A stretch of 64,000 nucleotides of DNA, taken from the NCBI RefSeq assembly GCF_964194025.1, contig NC_134475.1, positions 48,484,001 to 48,548,000 on the forward strand, read 5' to 3'. This DNA comes from Convolutriloba macropyga (lineage: Eukaryota). The first letter of the stretch is position 1, and each line of letters opens with the position of its first letter. Below the pieces are notes generated by a model. That model made no database searches and was not told the origin of the DNA. It saw nothing but the letters and a program-made list of their open reading frames with translations. Position numbers and translations under genes: made by a program. This document shows, piece after piece, positions 36,917 to 50,600 of this stretch.

Positions 36917-39900
36917 TAGAGTGTGAGAGGTAAAAACCGAAAACAAAAGAAAACAAAACCCAGAGGACATTGAGAGACAGAGAACTGGAAACATTTGGCA
37001 TGATGGAATTCGATTCTGCAACTTTCAGTTTTCTAGCCTTGTTGTAATCAAATCCAATAGATAAAAAATTGGTGCAAAATTTAAAACAGTTCACAGAGTT
37101 CGCTGTAAAAAACGGTTCACAGCCACTTTTTGTCTGCAGGTTTTTTGTCTAGTATCCCATATGCAAGACTTAAAAAGTTTTGTTGGCCAAAAATGCAAGA
37201 CATAGAAAGTTTTGTTGGCTTTTCTGGTCGTTAAACTCAGAAAAGGACAACAAATTTCGAATATTTTGAAAACAATTGGAAATTTTTACAATGTATAGCA
37301 AAACTTCAAGATTTTGACATCTTCAAAACAATTTCTTTGTCTAAAAAGACTATCCACTGTCCGCATTCGAAGCCTTAATTAGTTTCCCTAGCTCATAAAG
37401 ATCCATAAACTTGCAGGTTGTATATACAGGATAACAATTTTCCAAACATTCGAAAAATCTATTTTTAATAAAAAAAAATTGCTAAAACTCTAGTCATTAA
37501 TAAAATTGATACTCTAGAAGCTATGCAGCAGCTATTAAAAAACCTTGGAGGAGGTCATGGTCCTTTGTGCCTCAAAAATTTAAAAAAATTGAAAAGCTTT
37601 TGAAAAAACAGAAAAAATTGCAAATGATTTTAATTACTTAATTTCGTGATAATTAAACTTTAAAAAATTTTCCATACAACAGGAAAATATGCAGTAGCTT
37701 ATCATCAAACCCTGCAGGAGGTTTCGTGGCTCTTCAGGCTAGAGAGACCTAAAAATAACAAAAAAAGTTAAAAAAAATTGCAGTATTTGTAAAAAAAAAA
37801 AAGCTATAATTCGGGATATTAAAAAGTTGAAAACTATTCCAGGTCCAAAAAAAAGTTTTCAGTAATATAATATTAAACCCCTAAAGGTTTTTCTGGCCGG
37901 TTCTGGAGAGACTTGAATAATGGAAAATAAATGTCAAAAATATTTTTAAAAAATTCACGTTTTGTCAAGAAGATGCTGAAAACACGTGATGTTAAAAAGT
38001 GGAAACCATTCCATTACCAGTACAAACTATGCACTAACCTATTATTAATCCCTAGAGGAGTTTCCTTGACACCTAGGGCTGATAAAACTAAAAAAAACGA
38101 CAAAAGTTTTCTAAAAGCTTGAATATAATTGTTAAAATTAGTATAAATTTGCGTGTTTTTAGCGAGCTCTTGTTCGTCAGTAGCTACCACCGGGGGCAGA
38201 TGGGGGGGGGCAACAGTGGGCTGGGAGAACAGTGTGGGGGGGGGGGCAGGCAATAGTGGGAGGAGGGTATTCAACCTGTAAGAACCGCCCTTCACTCCAT
38301 AAGTTTAAGTCTCCAAAACTGTTTGAGCTGAAACAGAGATGAGAGGCTCTAAGAGCACTTAATGCGCTACCTGTTCATCCCGTTTTCGAGGACGAAAAAT
38401 CAAATGGGTTAGAAGAAAATCGGTCAAGCGATAATAGCTTAAAAAGAGACCGACAGTACTAATATAATTGGTACAAACTTCGTTTGAGAGCAATTAAAAA
38501 AACTTCTTTTGTCGCAGCTAAGCGCAGCCTCAAACTTAACTCTAACAAACAGCATTATTGACATTGAAGCAAAGAGCTTGCTCATAGTGGCTCTAATTTA
38601 CGTGATTTTGGTAAAAGTTGGAGTCACGTCTTTTGTTTGATTGGAAACAGTTTTGGCTCTGCTCTTTCCGAGTCAGGTGGGTCTGGAACCCTGTTATCTG
38701 CAACGCAAGTACGGTGAATTGTGGTGCTGCATGTTTTCAAAGTGGGTCTGAAGCACCCTGGGTAGGAAATTTTCAGGCACTGTGACTTACTTGTGAGTTG
38801 AGTGTTCTCCCTCTCTGCCTCTTCAAACTTTTCCTCTAAATCCCTCACTTTTGCTTCCTGCATCTTCTCAATTTCCTTAATCTTCTCCAATTTGTCTATC
38901 TGCTCCTGAGTGGCCTCTTCCGTCTCTTTGATTGTGGCTGCAATCACAAGTTAAGATAAGAATACTGGATAATTTCGTGCCTGAACTTGGCACATGTATC
39001 GGTTAATTTTCCTTGTATTTGTTATTCTATTTCAAATATCTTGAAGTCATTGCGCTCAATAATCTACGTTATTTTTTTCTGAATGTCTCAAACACTATTG
39101 CATACTTTTGGATATCTTCCAAAGTTTGATTGTTTCATCGGAATTACAACCTACTTTAAATTGAATATTTGAGATTAGATAATTTATAGTTTTTGTTTTA
39201 TTCGGTTGTTGTTCACGTGCGTATTATTATGAGAACTAACAAACTCAAATTGACGTTCGCGAAATGTTTAAACTATTAATTTAAGACTTAATAGATCTTA
39301 AGATACCTGAAGTATCCTCAATGTTCTTCACATGTCGAGCGTGAAGTCTTTCAGCATCATTAAGGTCATCTGTTGCTTTCTGAAGCGTCTTTTTCACTCC
39401 ATCAATTTCCTTCTCCAGGTAATTCCTCTCTTTTTCGGCTTTCGCTTCCGCTTTCTCCGACTCCTGTTCACTCTTTTCCTGTTCCTTCAAAGTTTTCATC
39501 AATTCAGTCGCTGTCGTGTTGTGCGCTTGTAACAAATTCACAATAACTTGATTCTCTAGTTGAAGTTTTTGACTTAATTTTGGATCGTTTTCTTGGACAT
39601 AAGACAGTTCCGTTTTTAGTTTTTCGTTTAATGTTTCAGCAAGTTGTAGTTTTGCGTTGATTCTTGTTTCTTGACGACGTTTGAACGCAACATGCCACTG
39701 GAGTTCGACGATATCAACAGCACAGGCTTCGTGCTCTCTTTGAACTGCGAATGGCAACTCTTTTAGTCGTTTCTCCACAAATGAATCCAAACGGCCCTGG
39801 AGTCTTACAACCTGGGTTCGCTCGCGTTCCAGGTCGTCCTTGATTTTGGTTCGTTCCAGTTCAAGTTTCTTCATTATGATGGCAATCTCAGTTAGCACGG

Positions 39901-42900
39901 CATGTGCATGGTTCTCACTATCAGCTGGCTCATGAGCTGAAAAATCAGTCAAATTGACAAACAATTTTAAAAATTGATGTAAGGAATTCACATCTAAAAT
40001 AAAACCACGCTTAAATAACTTTAAAATAACTCTGATAAAACTAAGAGCCGTTGATGATAGATTTCCGCTGGTAGTATCATCAAAAACTATACGGTGTGAT
40101 CAAATTTCTCTTGAAAACATTTTTAGACATTTTTACGAAATGATCAACCTATTTATTGAAAAAACTTTAAAAAAATCTAATTAATTTCTGTATTTAAACT
40201 TAGATTTTTGTCATTGTTGGTGTTTCTACTTGTTCCACTAATATTTCAATTGCAAAAATAGAGGTCAGTCTATTATTTGGTATTGAGCGACACATACTAC
40301 AAACAATTAATAGAAAAAGAAGAATGGTTCTCATGTCAACTGTTGTTTTAAATTTATTGCTTATCTCCAAATAATACGTTGCAAAAAAATTAAATTTTGA
40401 ATCTTTTTTGCGTCATAAAACCAGAACCAAACTTTTCATACAATTCTACTTCTTCCTTCTTTGACTTCTGATCCATATAATAAATGTTTTCGAAAAAAGA
40501 ACATTCAAAAGACAGAACAACAGCTTGTGTTTAAAAAGCTCATTTTTGCAGCTCAAAGAATTGAACATTTTCAGCCCATAAACTACGTAAAACTTTTTGC
40601 GCCGGACTCTCTCTTTATTAATCAAAATGATGAATGAAAAATAACGAATGCCCAAGAATGATGCCAGTAACTCTAAATTAAATAATTAAATAAAAAAGCA
40701 ACATTGCATTGACGGATCGAAAAACAAAAAATAAAAATTCTAATATAGATTTCACAAGCTCACTGCAGTCCCGCAGGCTGGTGGAAGAGAAAATCAGAGC
40801 TGAATCAGTATAGGGACATTATGTTTTTTTCTGGATGACCAGTACTCCATTGATGTCACAATTTACACAGGCTTGTTTTGATTTTTTGAAAAATTTACTG
40901 CGTTAAAAACATTATGTTCCGCTTAATTACCGTCAACAATGTTTGCTTTATATGCGATTCGAACTTCCGCGTGGGTAATTGTAACTTTTAATTTGCGCAG
41001 CAGGTCGCATCCACTACGCTAAATGGCCTTTGTTGTAATTACCCACAACATAGCTTAAGAATAAATTTCGTGTATACCAGTTGTAAAGAAAAAAGTATTA
41101 CATGATGCTGCCCATACTTAAATTTGCCCATACATAACCTTAGCAGTAAATTTACCTAAGCAAATTACATGGCCTCAATATAATCAAAATGAAGAAAAAC
41201 TGCACATAAAGAAACCTTAAATGTTCTGGACATGCAATGTTTTAGAACTGAATTCAGTTTTTACTCTTGAAGTGTGATGGTTTAGTGCTGAAGTTCTCTA
41301 GGATTCAACTCCAGGATCCATTTCATACTTCTCTACAAGTCAGAAATTATTTCCAAGTGTATTTTCTGACACATTAATATCAAACAATATAATGACAGTC
41401 CTTCCGTTCTAGTTTATTTTTTTAGAGTGATTGGCTAACAAAGACGATTTAAATGTTTGTAGATGTTTTAGATGTTTGTGTTGACATGAGATTAAACGTT
41501 CAGTTATTAGACCCATAAATAAAGTTTTTTCTTTCTTGTAAAATTTCAACTGCAGCCCGAAAATGAAGATAGGCAGAAGGAAAGAAAAAAAGAAAAGATC
41601 GTTAAACTTTCAATTTTCAAAACGGATGAAAGGCAATTTTGGATTCTGTGGTTATTTCTCTGATAATTCGTCAAATTTTTGCATGATAAATCAGGGAAAA
41701 CTCATAGGGTGCAAAATTGTGGGATCTATTCTGTTTCCCCACCCCACCTTATTGAGCTTATATTTTTTTACGCCCCCACGCGCACGTGCTTTTTTTTCAT
41801 TGTAACGTGCTATATAACAACATATAATTGGTAACTTGGGGGCGCAAAAACCACGGGGGGCAAGAAAGAATAGATCACAATAGATATTTTCAATTGACAA
41901 AAACGCTTACTTTGTTCCTCTTTTGTTTAAATTCTTTTAAGTAAATCTGTACAATAGTTCTGATAGTCTGTTCTTTGGAGTTTGATCGTATAATCTGGGT
42001 TTTTTCCAGGTACATGGAAGATTTTATCTTTTTTGGGTTGACTTTGGTGCTTCATCCCACCTACCCGCTTAGCAGTCGTGTAATTTCAGCACTCCCAGGA
42101 CAATAATGCTATTTTTACACAATAACGTGCTACATAGCAGCACCCAACTAGTATCGTGGGGGCCACAATAAACGCTAGGGGAGTCGAAACAGAGCAAATC
42201 TAGTTTTTTGCAGGTATGGTCGCCTGTAGTTGTGCTTACTTTTAAACGCTGCTAATTACTTTACCTAAACATTTTTAGACAGTTTTAGAGTGTACCAAAC
42301 GCTGTACTATAAAAATTACAGTTTTTCGAAAACAGAAGAACAGATGAAAACAGGGAGAGGAACACATAAATTTCTCCTTAATACTTGAACATATGCGTAT
42401 GAACGTCAGAGGATCCGATCATGTACGAATTAAAATAACCACATTGTGGGAGTATGTTCTTGAAGTTCAAGAAGCCAAACTGAGGGTTCTCCTCCAATTC
42501 ATCCAAACAGCATCACAAAAAGACTCAGACCTCAGAGTGAAAAAAAAACTGAAAAAAGGTTTTTTTTCGCCGTTTATTCATTTATTTTGAGCTGTAGAAA
42601 CAGGAGAATAAAGTTAAGGATCTGCAAATTGGAGGTGGAATTAGGAGAGGAAACTTTATCTGTCGGAGGAAATAACTGTAACGAAAAGTTTATTCCGACG
42701 GTAAAAATGTTCCTTGACGGGATGTTGGAGCCCAGTTCTGTGGAACCATATGAGTACACACTTTCATGGAACTGAGTTATATTTGACATTATGATAATGA
42801 ACTACCGATGAGGGTGGAAATTCACAGAGATGAAGGGTGGATAATAGAGGAGGAATTCCGCGGTTCCACTCTTCCACTCTTATCTCCAAATTTTAGGAGT

Positions 42901-43459
42901 GGAAACGAATGGCGGAATTGCGGTGGAAACATTATGAAATACAAATGGACTAAGAGTGGAATTCTACTGTGATAACTCTTCCACTCTAGTCACGGTGAAA
43001 AACTCAGTCCACTTTTATCCCACATTTTTAGTGGTGGAAACCGCTTCAATCATACTGACCTGGGACGCAGAGTGTACTTTATGCTTTTATAGAATGATTT
43101 ATTGTCTAATGATGGTGTGAATGTCAGAAACTCGAAATCATCGTACCTTGATCATCTGTCTGGAAGTGATTGATAATCAAGTGCAGTTGATCAGCGTAAT
43201 CTTTTGACCTCAACACACCAGTTGCGGTGCTCTTCAGAACGGGATTCGACACTGCCGGAATACTGCTGACGTCAGAGCTCCCATCTACGTCATCATCCTC
43301 AACACCGATTGCGTAATCTGTTGCGTAATTGTCGCCTCCAGTTAGATATGAGTCTTCGTTTCCGGAGAACAAAACTTGGGGCTGAAACTTTTCTTTTTCA
43401 GTTTCTTGAGGTAGGGTTTGAAAATGATAATTCGAGCTAAACTTTACATCGGCTTCCAT
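34102..43459 (-). CDS. CCDC178: Coiled-coil domain-containing protein 178-like, 4 coding exons, ~890 aa
   Basis: Exons at 43459-43147, 39936-39307, 38937-38791 and 35684-34102. All junctions are GT-AG and phase 1, and they join into one open frame of 2673 nt. LKELPFAVQREHEACAVDIVELQWHV matches my recall of the CCDC178 motif LQELPLAVQKEHEAYLSDVIELQWHL. Long heptad-rich sequence. Confidence 0.85.
36220..36689. mobile_element. Short interspersed element with 14-bp terminal inverted repeats; second copy at ~38150-38495
   Basis: AATTGCTCTCAAAC...GTTTGAGAGTAATT. Both copies share TTCGTCAGTAGCT, a G-rich tract, TCAAATGG..CGGTCAAGC and the right end. Confidence 0.65.
36836..36920. repeat. (GA)n microsatellite
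   Basis: Directly visible. Confidence 0.95.
37440..38120. repeat. Degenerate ~170-bp tandem repeat, about 4 copies
   Basis: Anchor (c/a)TATGCAG..ATTAAA..CC..GGAG at 37521, 37687, 37856 and 38027. Confidence 0.6.
38791..38937 (-). CDS. CCDC178: CCDC178-like exon 3
   Basis: Acceptor gattgcag|CCACA; donor ACAA|GTAAGT; coiled-coil sequence. Confidence 0.85.
39307..39936 (-). CDS. CCDC178: CCDC178-like exon 2
   Basis: Acceptor tttttcag|CTCATG; donor TCAG|GTATCT; carries the conserved motif. Confidence 0.9.
41723..41876. mobile_element. MITE with GATCTATT...AATAGATC ends (family clustered at 61806-64000)
   Basis: Terminal inverted repeat plus the core GTAACGTGCTATATAACAAC. A partial copy lies at ~42040-42200. 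Confidence 0.75.
43147..43459 (-). CDS. CCDC178: CCDC178-like exon 1
   Basis: ATG at 43459; donor CAAG|GTACGA; phase matches exon 2. Confidence 0.75.
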
Positions 43460-44551
43460 TATAGAAAGTATAAAAAAGTCAAGAAGTAGATTTTAAAGCG
43501 AACACGAAGGAATATTTTCTCAAATTGGTTGTAATACTGATTTTTGAGAATACTGTTGCAATACTGCCTCTTATAAGAATTGACAAAAATTCTTAGTACG
43601 TCGTTTTGCGTTTTTTGTTTAAAATGATTAGCAAAAAACGCACGTGTTTCAGATAAAAGAAAGTATTTTAAAAAACTGTAATGGCTTTATGTAACAATTG
43701 AGTTTGAACGTAATCTTGCATATTATTTTACAACAGATTTTATCTTTTTGATTTAAAACCGTTCATCAGAATAAAACTACATGAGCGTGACCAAATTTTC
43801 GATTACGTTTAATTTGTGGTCAATAATATAAGAACCAAAACTGTATTTTGTTCAGTATAGATTTTTTTAAAAAATCTAGCGATGCTGTAAATGTACAGAT
43901 ATATTTTAAATTTGTGCTGCAGCTGCTTTATACGCAGCATATACACGATGACAGCAAATTTATTCCACGTTTGTGGTTTTATGCGATATGCTTTTTATAT
44001 ATGCTCGAAACATTCTAAAAATTCATACATTGATAGCCGACGAAAAAGTATTATAAACGCACAATGAAAAAATTTTACCTTCTTATAAACGTGTACGTGT
44101 GTTTTGTATGCAAGCACATTAGCGGAGATTTAACTTCTCAATTGTTTAAAAAATTTTGCGATCAACAATTAGACTAATTGGTCGTAACAATTTGTAGAAA
44201 AATTTTATTGACAGTCAGTTATAATATTTCCCATATCTATGGACGTCAGTTAATATCGATGAATATAAAATTGAGGATTTCGCTGATTTTATTGAATTTA
44301 TAACGATGGAAATGTTATCATATTGTGGTGAATTTATCAACCTTGGTTACAAATGTACATATACCGGCAAAACTTCGCAGTTTTAACGACGCGCTGAAGA
44401 AAATTCGAGAAGAAATTGCCATACTGACTGCAATTGATATTTGATCTTACTTTTTCTTTTATTAATAAACCAGAGCTCGGAAGAGTGATCAATTATTAAT
44501 ATTGGAACAGGAGAGTGATCAGTTAGTTTGAGTAGTTGAGGCATTTGGGAA
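43460..44551. promoter_or_regulatory. Probable bidirectional promoter / 5' UTR interval between CCDC178-like and NEK4-like
   Basis: 1092 bp separate the divergent start codons. The function is inferred from geometry only. Confidence 0.55.
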
Positions 44552-44653
44552 ATGGCACACAGGTACGAGAAAGTGGACAAAATAGGGGAGGGTAGTTATG
44601 GCCAAGTTTGGAAAGTGAAACTCAGAGATGACACTCTCAACAACAAAAGCAAG
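44552..44653 (+). CDS. NEK4: NEK4-like exon 1
   Basis: [22 protein letters not shown]; donor AAG|GTACAC. Confidence 0.9.
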
Positions 44654-47600
44654 GTACACTAAGTACTGTACACTCTATTTCGAGTTGAATTATGGTAAGT
44701 TTTCTATATCAAAGATTTAAAATAGGCAAAGATGCCCTATGTGTCACGTAGTTCTTCTACAGATGCTGACGTTGTAGCTCAACACTGCTCAAATTTATTT
44801 AACGTTTGTCCCAAAAATTTGTCCCAGAACCGAACTGAAAATTAAACTAAATATCGATCTGGTGGTAGGCATAATAGTATCAAAGAAAACGGCAAGGAAA
44901 TGCTCTGAAAAGCTCTGATTTTTCAAAAAATCAGCTCAAAAAGGTAACGCCCTCCATTTTTTCTAAGAAAATGTCTTAATTTCAAAAAGTTCAAATTTCT
45001 TCCAAGCCTCCTCAGAGTGTCGAACCAACAACGTCTCGGTTGTATTGGCCATCTCTTCTTCAACAGAGCCATTGATACCTATGCTTCTGTATAATTTTGC
45101 TGAAACGGCGCTCACATCTGGACCGGGGTTGAGTTCATTAATTTTGAGTCTAGTTTAATAGAGATTGTAAAATTCTCACAACTCCTTATATAACTCCGTT
45201 TTGATATAAAATTTCTCAAACTTTGCTGTTTTCACAGATTTAAAAACCTGCCTTTAATACAGTTCAATTAATGGTTTTTTCTATCCACTGAAAATTCAAT
45301 GGCTTTGATACCACGTCAATTTAAATCACCAAAGAATATTCCGGCATAATTTTGATTCAAATACAACAGAGGCAGTAAATAAAAAACCCAACAAAGAGGC
45401 TCGCTAATGTGCAGCTGCACATAATAAGCCAACCTCGCTCATGCACAACTGTTTATTGAATTTTGTACCCATCAGGGAACAAATAGAAAATTTCCAAAAG
45501 TTCGCGTACCGTTCAAAAATAATTGATGTGAATAAAAAACCGCTTTTAACTTAAACCACTCAGCCAATTAACTAAAGCTGCTTCAGAGAACCAATGAAAC
45601 CTAACAAGAAGGAGAATACGAGAAATGACAAAGAACAAAATCAATAACAACAACAAACATTTTTTGTTTGGTACGCCCCTAGAACGTCTATGGACCTTGT
45701 CTTTAAAGAGACTACGTTATAGGAAGACGAACAAAGAGAACAAAAATGGCTAAGCTAAAATAGAAACTAAAATTCTTTGAAAATTAAATTTAAAAATATA
45801 AAAAAATATTGAATGTGAACTAAACTTATTATTTACGTCTATTTGTGTTTGTATAGAAATCCAGTAAACATTTTATGCAGAATTTGTCACAGAATTACAA
45901 AAAGAACGACAAAAACACTCAAAATAGACATGTTTTACATTTTGCGAGAAAATAGTGTTAAGGCGGCAATATTATATTTCACTCTCCAAAACCACAATTT
46001 CTTCAACTGGGCTTTTTTTAAGCGCCATTAATGTCATATGTGACCCAACATTTAAGTGATTTTGTGACAAGGCAACCAAAAAAGGCAATTGTACAATAAA
46101 ACCTATGAAAAATTGTTGCAGTTGTCAGTATTATTCGAAAAAAATTTCAAAATCATAAATTCATGAGCTTTAAACTAAAAAAACACTGCATCGAGTAGCT
46201 TGTAGCTGGTTACTCCTTAGAAATCTTATTGAACCTGGCATCAGTTCAACGGAAAAAAAGTAATTCAGGAGTACTCAGGAGTTGAAGACATTAAACCATG
46301 ACCTTACTAATGGGGATATCTCATTAATCCGGTTCAGTAAGAAACATATAAAAAAACAAAAAAGGTGGAAGGATGTTTCGTAAAAGAACCCAAAACAATT
46401 CAAAAATTTTTAGATTGTGAAAGTTTGCTATCAGTGTAAAACTGAACTTGCTTTTGCTGCTCGTCATTTGAAAACTTTTTATTGTTCAAAATGATACTGA
46501 AAAAGATAAATCGACAAATATTTCACTACATCAAAAATATATTGCGAGTTTTTAATATCTATCGATTTAAGTATTCATAAAGAGCGAATTTATTTTTCCG
46601 CAACACTGCCATAAGATACAGAATTAAACTAGCTCCCTTGGGAGCTCAAGAAGATTGATTGAGCACTTTTTAGGTTTGTACTTCCATAAATCTTTAATTT
46701 TGAGAAAATTAGGTTATGAATTTGGCAACAAACATGCATCATACAGATCATCAACACTGTTTTGCCTTTTAAATTAAACGCATGAACACTATCTTTGGCA
46801 ATTTTAACACATTTTTGGTAAATGTTATAAAACTTTGAACAAAAATAGTGAAAATGTGAACCAAAACAACCGAAATCAGTCTTTAGTTCACGAAACTTTA
46901 AACCACGATAGCCCGCTGAACGGGCTTACTAATGATACCACTCACAATTCTCTAATATAATTATATAGATTGGTCAAAGTTGACTGAACACTTTTGGACC
47001 CCACTACGGTGGGTCGAACAATTAGGACTGCAAAAATTGATAAATTTTGCAGGAAAAGCAACAAGTTGCTTAGCGCGATGCTAACAGTTGTCGAATTTTT
47101 ACTAAAACAACATCGCTCAGCAAAGCAAGTTCACTATTGTTAGTTTGCAAATTTGAGTTCTAAACTAATCAATTACCGAATTTTTTACGAATACTAGTTC
47201 CTTCTCTCTTATAGGGAAACACTTTTATTTTTCATTTGAGTATAATTGATGTGCATAACATATTTGGATCAAACACAGGCTTCATATTTATCAAAACATG
47301 ATTGTGAGTTTTGATTTCAACAAAATGATGGAATGTGTTTGAACCAGGGTCGAAGTTTCGTGGTAAATTTTTGTAAGAAATGCGGTGAATTTTTTAACTT
47401 CACTGCGTTCTCGGTATTCTTATTAAAAAGAAAGTTCCGTGCATGGGCTTGAACCAATCAACTCCTCGTGTTTTCCATTTCTTATCTCACTGCGCCAGCT
47501 GTCCCTTACTTCGATCATACTTCCTGGGAATTTAAGTCAGATTCAGTAAACGTTGGAATACAAATGCAGTGAATTTTTGTAAGATATGCGGTGAATTTCG

Positions 47601-50600
47601 CGGTGAAATTTTGTAAGAAATTCGGTCAAATGCAGTGATTTTTTTTTCACAGCATTCTCGGCAATCAACGCATTTCTTACAAAAATTCACCACCGATAAA
47701 GCTCGACTCGGGATCATATATTCTCTGGACCGATAACATAGTTGTTACATTTTTTTATAATGTGTGCATTGCAGAAATTGCGAAGCGTCAATTTTGTAGA
47801 ATTCAAAATCTTTTTGAAAAGTATTCAAGAACATCGGTGCTTCTGCTTGAGTAAACAAACACATACAAATTTAAAACGAGGTTCCCAAAAATTTGACCGA
47901 AGCGATATCTCTCTAGTGATCAAAAAATTTGATGAGGCCCCTTCAGCAGCAGCTAACAGATACTTCCGACTGTTGTTGCTTTATTAAAAAATGATGCATA
48001 ATCTGGCCATAATAAGAAGTTATAATAAAGTATAACCCTATAAATTTTATATGGTTTTGATACCTTCACGTGCTACGATGAGCGAGTGTAATAATCATAC
48101 CTTTATTGATCTCTCGTTGATGATTTCTTTGTCTGCTTAGTACGTGATGAAGTTGATCAACCTTGAAAAAGCCAACTCAAAGGAGAGACAGTACGCGGAA
48201 CAGGAAGCAAAGCTGCTCAAGAATCTCAGCCACCCCAACATCGTCTCCTGCAAGGACACTTTCTGGTATGCATATATTTATCACTTTGATTAAAGTGTTT
48301 GCATCCCAGCTTCAGGTACTCCATTATAATCAGTCATTTCTAGGTGAAATTTGCGCTTGAGCACCCTATTCGAAAAACAACCCGGGTCGACCCTATAATT
48401 CAAAAAGTTATAAAATTACAATTTCATATTATGGCGTCTATGAAAAGTTGTAGTCATAGAACTTTCATAAAAGGGAGTTCTATGGAATTGAATTTTTATG
48501 AAAATTTTTATTACATCATGAAAAGGAGGGAAAAAGTATGTTTCAAAAAACTAACTTGAACGGATAACCTGCAGAACTTTGTTTATCAGTCGGTTATAGA
48601 AATTTGTAGGAAAATAAGTTGCATTAAATTTTTAATGGAATTTATTAATTTTTGGGCAACTTTACAGAAAATTGCAAATTTTTTTTTAACTTATTATATT
48701 AGTTTCATTATCGCGCATTACCGAGATTCCTTGTTCATTTAAAGCATCCCTTTCTGTTTTCTTCCTGTAAATAAAGATTGTCCATATTAGGTTTGACAGC
48801 AGCCAATCCCAGTTGGGGATTGTGATGAGTTACTGCGAAGGAGGAGATCTGTACAAACTGTTGAAGAACAGAAAGGGAAAGGGAAAACTACCAGAAAATG
48901 ATATCATGGAGTGGTTCATACAAATCACACTAGCCGTACAGGTATATAGACAACAGAGTAGCATACATATATGAACACTGAATCATTTGTATTATCTTTC
49001 CTAGTCGATAACCCCTGTAACCCAATGATTTTGGGCATTTAAACCATTAAGATCTGATGAAACATTTGCTAAGAATTTTTGGGTAAGATCTGACGTATTT
49101 TCTCGTCAGAGTTTGCATCGTGAAAGACCTCAAGTGTTTCAGAATTTTGGCTAGCACTGAAATGCCATTATAATGGATGTCAGGTTGATGAGCAAACAAC
49201 CATAGAGAGAAAAGAACTACATTACGCCTCAAAATTTGATCTTTTTATCAAGTAAATTTGCTCGAAAAGTTCAGCATTTTTCAAAACCCATGTTTTAATA
49301 TTAGACTCGGCGTAAGTCTGGAGTTCAAATGCTATTATGAGATTGCAAAATTTCTCTCTAACTTTTAGAATGCGTATTTTTGAAGAATCGTAGAAAGTGA
49401 AGAAAAATTGCTTTTTTTATCCGAGCTCTCCGTCACTGATGTCCTCTTCAATTTCTTCCCATGTATACGTTTTGGTTTCAAAATTTCAATCTGACAAGTT
49501 CACTCATATGAAAATTCATAAATTTGCGCAATCAATCTGCTTGATATCCATAGCTAATGACCCAATGTACACATATTTTTTGCAAACTATTTACATTGGA
49601 CACTTTGTCGTTAAAAAACAGTACATTTTTGATTAAGATGGAGGAAAAATTAACAAATGACAAAGGATTATTGATAAAATGGAAGAGTTCACAAATTATG
49701 TTTGACAAGAATAGGGCTGACCCTGATACAAAACAAAAACGGCGGAAAGACTCCAAAATTTACTAGAAGCAAGAAATTACATGAACCTTAAAAATCAACT
49801 ATCTTAAAAAACTTAGAATCTTCTTTCTAGTGACAAAAAAAGGTGTAGCAGTGAAGCAATTAAAAAGGAGGTAAAAACAACAAATATAGAAACACATTGT
49901 ATTTTTTCGAAAACCCTCTACAAGTTGCCGACACTGAATACACTTCCAGTATACTTTGGTTCACTGTTTCTTCCGTTGTCATTGCAGTCGAGCTTCTTAA
50001 ATTAGCAAATAGTAGAATATCATTTCCAGCAAAAAATAAAGCAGCAGTCAATCAGAGCCCACTTAATCGATTCACGTTTTGTCAACATAAATAGACAGCT
50101 ACTATTATTGGCTCGTGGACGTCATAATTGAAGTGATACTCATTTTCCATTATCTCTCCGATCAACAGATCAGGATTGCAACATATAGAATAATAACGAA
50201 ATCAAAGCAGTGTTGCATCAGATTCTTTACGAACAGCCTGCGACGAATTAATAATATGGAATAGTCACCAAACGTTCCACAGTCAAAAGTCTTTCAATAT
50301 CATCATACTTGAACAGAAAAATTGGCTTCGTGGAAAACCGTTTAACTTCTGTCAATATCCCTATCTGCAGGCAATCAAAGCAGTAATTTTAACAAGTAAA
50401 AATAATAATTATTAATTAAAACTACGAATAAAGCATGAAAAACCAAAAAAAATCAATTGGAAAAGAGATTTTTTTCTTAAGAAAGCAGCATACTGTGCGC
50501 AAAGAAGCTGAGTACTTTAGTGGTAAATTGCTTGTTACTGTGTCTGCTTTCTTTAAATGATGTCAGTGGTTGTACGGCACAAGTTAATTTACACTTCTTC

